DNA of 64,000 nt. It comes from an uncultured Pseudomonadales bacterium (GTDB lineage Bacteria; Patescibacteriota; Microgenomatia; UBA1400; CAYXSR01). The notes beneath the pieces are model-generated. The model ran no database searches and had not been told where the DNA came from. It was given only the letters and a program-made list of their open reading frames with translations. The translations under genes and the position numbers were made by a program. The DNA lies in assembly GCA_964430265.1 (NCBI GenBank), contig CAYSEI010000004.1:45872-109871 (forward strand), written 5' to 3'. Positions within the stretch are counted from its first letter, which is position 1. Every line of letters begins with the position of its first letter. Positions 57,729 through 64,000 of the stretch are shown here, in pieces.

Positions 57729-58522
57729 AATCTTATTAAAGCTTGTTCAAGTTTCCAGCGGTATTTGTTTATTTTCAGTTTATCTTTTCCAACGCGTAAA
57801 ATATAGCAGTACATGGAAAAAGTTTTTGTTTTTATTTTAGCTTTATTTAGGTGATATCTCATTAATCTTTGCTCGACACGGTAATTTACCCATTGGCCAT
57901 TGCCAAGAGGATTTTTCCAGTAGGAAGGTAATTTTTCCCAGACAGAAGTATAATAATCCATATTAGAGGAATTAGACACGGCAAACTTATCACTTGCCAT
58001 ATACAAAGGAACTGTTCCATATTTATCAACCCAAAGTATATCGAAATTATTTTTTACTATGTTTGGAATTTCCTCCATCAGCATCAAATCCGGTCTAATT
58101 CTAATAACCATATCATAGACAAAATTATTTTCAGCCTCGTAGTTTTTTTTTAGTTGATTGCAAGCATACATTTTATAAAAGAGGGGCAGGTTTGACTTAG
58201 AGTGTAGAGGGCTTTTTTTTCTTAATATTTCAGGTCTGCGGATACCTTTTAATTCATTAAAATATTCTTTTTTAAAAGGCTCGATTACAACTGCTACAGG
58301 AGAATAAAGATCATTCAGAAGTGCATCAGTTACTTTATATGCAGATTTTTTCTTTTTTTGTTTATTTTGAACTCTTTGACCGGTTCTTTCCCAGGTATGA
58401 ATAAAAATGTCAGGCTGCAAAGGCTGCAACATATATTTCTTTAGATTACCGTAACAGCGTTTATAAGTACGCATTTGTCCGGAAATGCAGAGTGCAGTCT
58501 TTAGTTTGCGCTTTTTCTTCAT
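57695..58522 (-). CDS. hypothetical protein (possible GT-A-like transferase), Lys-rich
   Basis: 275 aa and soluble, with no motif I can place confidently. Co-oriented with and overlapping the kinase gene. Confidence 0.35.
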   Translation of the reverse strand: MKKKRKLKTALCISGQMRTYKRCYGNLKKYMLQPLQPDIFIHTWERTGQRVQNKQKKKKSAYKVTDALLNDLYSPVAVVIEPFKKEYFNELKGIRRPEILRKKSPLHSKSNLPLFYKMYACNQLKKNYEAENNFVYDMVIRIRPDLMLMEEIPNIVKNNFDILWVDKYGTVPLYMASDKFAVSNSSNMDYYTSVWEKLPSYWKNPLGNGQWVNYRVEQRLMRYHLNKAKIKTKTFSMYCYILRVGKDKLKINKYRWKLEQALIRLWQRIKLQLKL

Positions 58523-58661
58523 GAATTTAATTATACAACAGATTTTTTCCCCGATTCGGACATTCTTCGAATTTTAGGCAAGTGGAAGCGGACGAAAAAG
58601 CTATGCTGTGAAATGATAAATTAGCAATAATTAAATTTTTTTGTGCTATTATAAAATTATT

Positions 58662-59315
58662 GTGAAAAAGAAACATATTATTACTTCTTTTCTTCTTTTA
58701 ATCTTTTCTATTTTGAGTATTTTTCTTATCTATAAAAATAAAATTCTGCAGAAAGATGCAGATACTTTTCTTGTCCGTGAAGTTTTTGACGGAGATTCTT
58801 TTTTGATTGAGTTGAATGAAGATGTCCGCCTAGTTAACTTAGACGCGCCGCAACTAAAATATTGCATGGGAAAAGAGGCAAAAGAGCGTTTGGAAGAATT
58901 AATCCTTCATAAAGAAATACGTTTGGAAGAGGCAGGAATGGGTGAGTTTAATAGAATCTTGGTTTTTGTATATGTAGATGATTTATTTATTAATGAAATA
59001 ATGGTCAAAGAAGGTTATGCAAGATACCGGCCTTTAAAAACAAATAAAAAAGAAATTATTAAAGAAGCAGATGCATATGCTAGGGAAAATAATTTAGGAA
59101 TTTGGGGCAAATGTAGACAAAGACAAAATCCTGATAATCCGAACTGTAATATAAAGGGAAATATTGAGATCCGCTCAAAAGAAAAAAGATACTTTTTCCC
59201 GGGATGTACAAACTATACTAATGTAATTATAGATAAAGATCTTGGAGAAGAGTGGTTTTGTACAGAAAAAGAAGCACAAGAGGCAGGTTTTGAAAGATCC
59301 GGTGATTGTCCTTAG
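58662..59315 (+). CDS. membrane-anchored thermonuclease (SNase-like) with Cys-containing C-terminal extension
   Basis: GTG 58662 gives MKKKHIITSFLLLIFSILSIFLI as an N-terminal anchor (track TTG 58641). VREVFDGDSFLIELNEDVRLVNLDAPQ matches the SNase motif V.DGDT...RL.GIDAPE. C-terminal NCNIKGN...PGCTNYT...FCTEKEA...GDCP. Confidence 0.6.
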   Translation: MKKKHIITSFLLLIFSILSIFLIYKNKILQKDADTFLVREVFDGDSFLIELNEDVRLVNLDAPQLKYCMGKEAKERLEELILHKEIRLEEAGMGEFNRILVFVYVDDLFINEIMVKEGYARYRPLKTNKKEIIKEADAYARENNLGIWGKCRQRQNPDNPNCNIKGNIEIRSKEKRYFFPGCTNYTNVIIDKDLGEEWFCTEKEAQEAGFERSGDCP

Positions 59316-59336
59316 TCATATAGTATAATCATATTT

Positions 59337-60797
59337 ATGAAAAAAAGATATATATTTCTGCTTGCACTAATTACTCTTCTTGGTTTTTGGTTGCGTTTTA
59401 ATTCAGTTTTTGAAACGGCAATCTATAATGGGGATGAAGGCAGAGATTATTTAAATGCATACCGAATTTGGAATGGTAAGTTAACTCTTTTGGGTCCAGC
59501 TATTTCTACTGTAAGATTTTTTCTGCCTCCTACATGGTATTATTTAGTTTCCATTCCTCTAAAAATCGGCGGTTGGAAAATAGAGGCCGCTCTACTTTTT
59601 ATTAACCTTCTTTATGCAGCCGGAACAGTTATCTACTATTTGCTGGGAAAAGAAGCCACTAATAAGGAAATTGGAGGAATAATATCTGCTGCTCTTTTTA
59701 CATTTTCTCCTTATATGACTAAAGCAGGCAGGTTTACAGGCAACCATATTGTAATTCCTGTTTTTACAGCTGCTTATTTATTGTTTTTAGTCCGTTATTG
59801 GGAAAATAAAAGGAAAAAGGATCTTTTATTAAGTTCTATTCTTTTGGGATTTACTTTTTCATTTCATTTTTCCATGTACTTATTTGTCATAATACAGATG
59901 GGGTTTCTTTTGTATTATTGGCTAAAACAAAAAATTATTAATTGGCAAGAATATATTTTAAATAACATTTCATTGTTTTTCTTCTGGCTGCCCATATTAA
60001 TTTTTGATCTCAGGCACGGATTTATTAATGTAAAGGGATTCTGGTATTACATGAATGAAGGCAGAACAGACCAGTTAAGAGAAACTGTGGGGCAGGGGGC
60101 TTGGTCTGTTAAGAACAACTTACAAGTAGTTGCAGATATTTTTCAGCAATATTTTAGAATAGGGGAAATATGGCCCTGGATTTATTTAATATTGGGAATT
60201 ATTGGACTTTTTCTGGTTATTAAAAAGAATGATAAAAAGGTTATAGTTTTAAGAATTCTAGGAATAATTTTTTTGTTTTTTATAAATGTTTTAATTTACA
60301 ACGGGTATATTGCCTACCACTTCTTTTTTGTCATTGTTCCATTTTATTTTCTGCTTATCAGTATTGGTTTATCAAAAATTATTAAAAGCTATATATTCTT
60401 AACTATTTTTCTTTTAATTATTACTCCTTTTTCTTTGATCTCTAAACAAGCTTATGCAAAAAAACCTAAAAGAGTTTTAAAAGTAAAAAAAGTAAGCAAT
60501 ATCATAATTAATGATTTAAAAAATTCACCAGAAAAGAAATACTCAATTTTTCTTAAAAAGAAAGAGGATTTCTGGGCGTTGGCAAAAGAATACAAATATC
60601 TAGTAGAAATAAAGACAAATAAGGAATTAGTTTCTGATCATCATTATGAGAATGCCGAGGTATTATATGTCGTTTCAGAAATAGAGGCTCCTAATCCTAT
60701 GGATTATGCAAATATTGAATTAGAGAATTTTAATCCCAAAGAAATTGTTTGGGAAAAAGAAGTTGATGACTACAAAATATACAAGCTGAAAAATTAA
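59337..60797 (+). CDS. GT-C-like membrane protein, D-x-G-R-D family
   Basis: YNGDEGRDYLNAYRIWNGKLTLLGPAISTVRFFLPPTWYYLVSIP. Multi-TM with a roughly 110-aa hydrophilic C-terminus. Confidence 0.5.
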   Translation: MKKRYIFLLALITLLGFWLRFNSVFETAIYNGDEGRDYLNAYRIWNGKLTLLGPAISTVRFFLPPTWYYLVSIPLKIGGWKIEAALLFINLLYAAGTVIYYLLGKEATNKEIGGIISAALFTFSPYMTKAGRFTGNHIVIPVFTAAYLLFLVRYWENKRKKDLLLSSILLGFTFSFHFSMYLFVIIQMGFLLYYWLKQKIINWQEYILNNISLFFFWLPILIFDLRHGFINVKGFWYYMNEGRTDQLRETVGQGAWSVKNNLQVVADIFQQYFRIGEIWPWIYLILGIIGLFLVIKKNDKKVIVLRILGIIFLFFINVLIYNGYIAYHFFFVIVPFYFLLISIGLSKIIKSYIFLTIFLLIITPFSLISKQAYAKKPKRVLKVKKVSNIIINDLKNSPEKKYSIFLKKKEDFWALAKEYKYLVEIKTNKELVSDHHYENAEVLYVVSEIEAPNPMDYANIELENFNPKEIVWEKEVDDYKIYKLKN

Positions 60798-60841
60798 ATT
60801 TAATAGATATAAGGAAAACAATTTTTAGTATAATTAATTAT

Positions 60842-62089
60842 ATGAAAAAACAAGAAAATAGAGTAATTTTTAAAATATTTATTTTAGGAATTCTATTACG
60901 TCTTATATTAATGCCTTGGTTTGCTCATGGTGATATTATTGCCGTACATAGAAGAGTAGAAACAATTATTTGCGGAAACAGAAGCCTGCTTAGCTATAGT
61001 GCGATAGGTGTCCATTTTATGGAATCTCTGTTTGCTAAAATATATTCTCCTTTTGTTAACTGCTCAATGCTTTCTGGGATTCAGGAGAGTTATTACAATG
61101 CGCCTTTTATCAACAGGATGCTTTTCTTTTTTAAGTTGCCATATCTTTTGTTTGAAATAGGGTATTGGTATTTAATGTGGATTTTTGCAAAAGATAAGGA
61201 TATAAAATGGAGAAAAATATTTGCTTATTTACTTGCATTTAATCCAGTGGTTATTTTTGCTGTCTATATTTTTGGCCGTTTTGAAGCATATAACCTGTTT
61301 CTTTCTGCTGCTATTTTATATTTATTTAAAAAATACGAAAATCAAAAGCTTGATTTTAAAAAAATCTTTTTATTAACAATTCTTTTTGCGGTTTTACTTC
61401 TATTTAGAAAATCATATGCAATAATTTTCCCTGCGCTTTTACTGGCTTTTGGCTTTCCTAAACTGAAAAGCTTGTATGCAATCTTTATTTCAATTGCTGG
61501 ATATTTTCTTTTTAAGCTATTCAATTTCGTATCCGGGCACGGATTTGATTTAACCAAAGAAATTGACTGGCTAAAAACAGGAACGCATACCCAGTATTTC
61601 TTTGATGCAAAAATATATTTAGGTAATGGCAGATTTATTTATCTTTTCTTTTTAGTATTAGGGCTTGTATTTTTATGGTGGTTGTTTAATAGGAAGAAAT
61701 TATTAGAGTTGGGTAGGGTAGAGGTGTTTTCTCTATTTTCCTTTCTTTTGTTTATGACATATTTTACAACCTCAACATTTCATCCCCACTATTTTTCCTG
61801 GGTTATTCCTTTTCTATTAGTTTTAATAATAAAAAAGAAGGATAAAATCCTTTTAAAATCATTTTATTTAATCATTCCTTTTTACATTCTCTACTTTCTT
61901 AATTGGGGTCCGCATATTACTTTTGGGCTTCTTTTCCCAATTTCTCCTGCATTTAGACAAATTAGCCCTGCTTGGTTTCTTCCATTTTTTTCTTTAAGCA
62001 CTTGGGCAGATATTGGCAGGTACACTTTTTCTGGGATTGGGTTTTTAAATATGCTTTATCTAGCAAGAAAATATGCAAAAAATAATTAA
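60842..62089 (+). CDS. polytopic membrane protein, function unknown (possibly GT-C related)
   Basis: 415 aa with about 11 hydrophobic segments. N-terminal loop PWFAHGDIIAVHRR. Confidence 0.35.
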   Translation: MKKQENRVIFKIFILGILLRLILMPWFAHGDIIAVHRRVETIICGNRSLLSYSAIGVHFMESLFAKIYSPFVNCSMLSGIQESYYNAPFINRMLFFFKLPYLLFEIGYWYLMWIFAKDKDIKWRKIFAYLLAFNPVVIFAVYIFGRFEAYNLFLSAAILYLFKKYENQKLDFKKIFLLTILFAVLLLFRKSYAIIFPALLLAFGFPKLKSLYAIFISIAGYFLFKLFNFVSGHGFDLTKEIDWLKTGTHTQYFFDAKIYLGNGRFIYLFFLVLGLVFLWWLFNRKKLLELGRVEVFSLFSFLLFMTYFTTSTFHPHYFSWVIPFLLVLIIKKKDKILLKSFYLIIPFYILYFLNWGPHITFGLLFPISPAFRQISPAWFLPFFSLSTWADIGRYTFSGIGFLNMLYLARKYAKNN

Positions 62090-62651
62090 AACACTTGTTA
62101 TTATTACAGTTTTGTTTTTTAGCAGTATCAAATCTGCTGATGCTTTAATGGAGCAGGTATTGGTTGTTGAGGATCAAGAGAGTAACAAAGTTACTGTTCA
62201 AGCAGGGGAGAAAATAGAACAGGCGTTTGTCATGCCAACTGACAGTTTTGGAATTGTCACAGTTAACTTTATCCTGCCGGAAAGAGAGAGCAAGGTAAAG
62301 GTGGAGTTTAAAATAAAGGAAAAAGGAGAGGATGGATGGATTTTTGAAGGCAGTAATTTTGTGCATGCACTAGACTTTTACCAGGATAACGGGATACCTT
62401 TCCCTTTTGGGTTTCCTACTATCCAAAACGCAAAAGGTATAGAATATGTGTTTGAAATCCAACCGGAGGAAGAAATAACAATTCTTGAAACTAATGGTAA
62501 AATATTTTTTAGTGTAGCCAGAGAAAAACCTGCAAAAGAGTTAGTATTAAATGATTTACAAAGAAAAATTTATGAAGATGGTATTTTTATTTTTATATGG
62601 TTAATAATTTGTACTGTATTTTTATTTAAATATCTGAAATTAAACAAATGA
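62073..62651 (+). CDS. secreted protein with signal peptide and C-terminal TM anchor, hypothetical
   Basis: MQKIIKTLVIITVLFFSSIKSADA signal-like N-terminus and hydrophobic C-terminal IFIFIWLIICTVFLF. 192 aa. Confidence 0.4.
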   Translation: MQKIIKTLVIITVLFFSSIKSADALMEQVLVVEDQESNKVTVQAGEKIEQAFVMPTDSFGIVTVNFILPERESKVKVEFKIKEKGEDGWIFEGSNFVHALDFYQDNGIPFPFGFPTIQNAKGIEYVFEIQPEEEITILETNGKIFFSVAREKPAKELVLNDLQRKIYEDGIFIFIWLIICTVFLFKYLKLNK

Positions 62652-63559
62652 AAAAAGTTTTATTAACCGGCGGAGCCGGATTTATTGGTTCACATATTGC
62701 AGAAACATACCTTAATAAGGGGTATAAAGTTGTTGTAATTGATAATCTTTCTTCAGGTAAGAAGAAAAACATTCCCAGCAAAGCAAAGTTCTATAAAATA
62801 GATATTTTGAATAAAAATATAATAAAGGTGATTAAAGAAGAAAACCCAGACATTATTAATCATCATGCAGCACATATTAATGCTGTTGAAGCTGTTGAAA
62901 AGCCTTTAAAAGACGGGAAAATAAATGTTTTGGGACTTTTAAATATACTAGAGGGTGCAAAAAACACAAATGTAAAAAGAATCATATTTGCTTCAAGTGG
63001 AGGAGCAATATGCGGAGAAACAAAAAAAGCTGCAAACGAGTCTATTTTGCCAAAGCCTTTATCTCCATATGGTATTAACAAACTAATAGGCGAGTTTTAT
63101 ATAAAAAATTTTTCAGATAGATTAAATATACCCAGTATTTGTTTAAGGTATTCAAATGTATACGGACCAAGACAAAGAGCTGATGGAGAAGGCGGAGTAG
63201 TGGCAATATTTACAAAAAATATGCTAAAAAACAAAAAAGTTAAAATATATGGAGATGGAAAACAAACAAGAGATTTTGTCTATGTTAAAGATGTTGCTGA
63301 GGCAAATATATTAGCTACTGAAAGTAACAAACAAGGAATTTTTAATATATCAAAAGGAGAAGATATTTCAGTAAACGATTTATTTAATAAAATAGCAAAA
63401 ATTTGTAATTATAATTTAAAACCAGAATATGCAGAAAAAAGAAAGGGAGATATTAAATACAGCTGTTTGGATAACAAAAAAGCCAAGAATATATTAAATT
63501 GGCAAGCAGAAACTTCCTTAGATAAAGGATTAAGAGAGACAGTTCAATTTTTTAGTTAA
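62648..63559 (+). CDS. NAD-dependent epimerase/dehydratase family protein (GalE/WbpP-like)
   Basis: [34 protein letters not shown], catalytic YGINK (YxxxK) and SSGGAICG. 303 aa. Confidence 0.75.
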   Translation: MKKVLLTGGAGFIGSHIAETYLNKGYKVVVIDNLSSGKKKNIPSKAKFYKIDILNKNIIKVIKEENPDIINHHAAHINAVEAVEKPLKDGKINVLGLLNILEGAKNTNVKRIIFASSGGAICGETKKAANESILPKPLSPYGINKLIGEFYIKNFSDRLNIPSICLRYSNVYGPRQRADGEGGVVAIFTKNMLKNKKVKIYGDGKQTRDFVYVKDVAEANILATESNKQGIFNISKGEDISVNDLFNKIAKICNYNLKPEYAEKRKGDIKYSCLDNKKAKNILNWQAETSLDKGLRETVQFFS

Positions 63560-63581
63560 ATAATGTTAAGATATTAAAGTA

Positions 63582-64000
63582 TGGATAAAAAACATATTTT
63601 CTTTGCAATTACTGTCGGGTTGGAAACATTTATCTTCTATACCCTATTTATTATCCCTTTTGAATATTTTTTAACCGAAAAGTATCCAATCATGCATTTT
63701 ATCAGTTCTGATTTAAAATCAATTATATTTTTAGTTTTTTTTATTATATTTTTTTCACTTAACTATTCTTTTAAAAAAATAAGATTAAAATCAGAAAAAA
63801 TCATTATTCCTTTAAGCTTGCTTTTTATAATTACTATTTTTGGATTTAAAAAATATACTAGTTTTTATTCAGACTTACGCAAAGGACCACGTATATATGA
63901 AGTTAATGTTGTTAATAACCACAGGCGCTGGGGTATACAAGGAGACAAAATAGAAATTTATGGAACAAATTTCGGTGATATAAAAAAAGGTTCTGTCTAT
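63582..64000 (+). CDS. membrane protein, N-terminal part (continues beyond window end)
   Basis: ATG 63582. MDKKHIFFAITVGLETFIFYTLFIIPFEYF... has several hydrophobic segments. Open to the window edge. Confidence 0.35.

Noticed and set aside
58522-58661. Inverted repeat ATTCGgacattcttCGAAT in the 118-bp spacer upstream of the nuclease gene
   Set aside because: Only 5 bp of perfect pairing. It is insufficient to call an operator or terminator.
1-64000. CRISPR arrays, tRNA/rRNA genes, transposases/integrases, prophage genes
   Set aside because: No regularly spaced direct repeats were found. No cloverleaf-like sequence was found in the few intergenic spacers. No ORF has transposase, integrase or phage structural motifs.

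Overview
AT-rich (roughly 30% GC by eye), gene-dense bacterial segment with many 1-4 nt start/stop overlaps (ATGA, TAATG) and several TTG/GTG starts. This fits a streamlined low-GC lineage, possibly CPR/Microgenomates-like, but phylum cannot be proven from sequence. About 47 kb of the window (approx. 5.1-52 kb, continuing at 52.5-63.6 kb) is one very large cell-envelope glycosylation locus. It begins with nucleotide-sugar genes: rmlBCD-like, ugd, two tandem gmd paralogs, a UDP-xylose-synthase-like gene and a Nudix hydrolase. It carries at least nine DPM1/GtrB-like GT2 polyprenyl-phosphate-sugar synthases; one is fused to a GtrA-like flippase domain and one is fused to a GT-C-like membrane domain. 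It carries about 20 multi-pass membrane proteins that fall into paralogous, mostly tandem families of GT-C-type extracytoplasmic glycosyltransferases: six PMT_2/ArnT-like proteins with a DE loop motif plus one truncated remnant, five YfhO-like proteins sharing a C-terminal 'YYPxW...VDxKK...G.H.V.F.Y' module, five members of a 'D-x-G-R-D' family, a PIG-M/GT87-like protein and a PIG-V/GT76-like protein. It also has a Wzx-type flippase, two GT4 enzymes and further GT2s. Embedded in or flanking the locus are a Doc/AbrB-type toxin-antitoxin pair with a palindromic operator, metK preceded on the minus strand by a clear SAM-I (S-box) riboswitch, a fused nucleotidyltransferase/APH-type kinase plus a stand-alone nucleotidyltransferase (LicC/LicA- or MurU/AmgK-like sugar or phosphocholine activation), a membrane-anchored thermonuclease, a solitary trmD, and a partial rtcB with a possible DUF458-like neighbour (weak recollection) at the left edge. 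No CRISPR array, rRNA/tRNA, transposase or integrase was recognised. All family assignments rest on motif-level reading of the translations without database searches.
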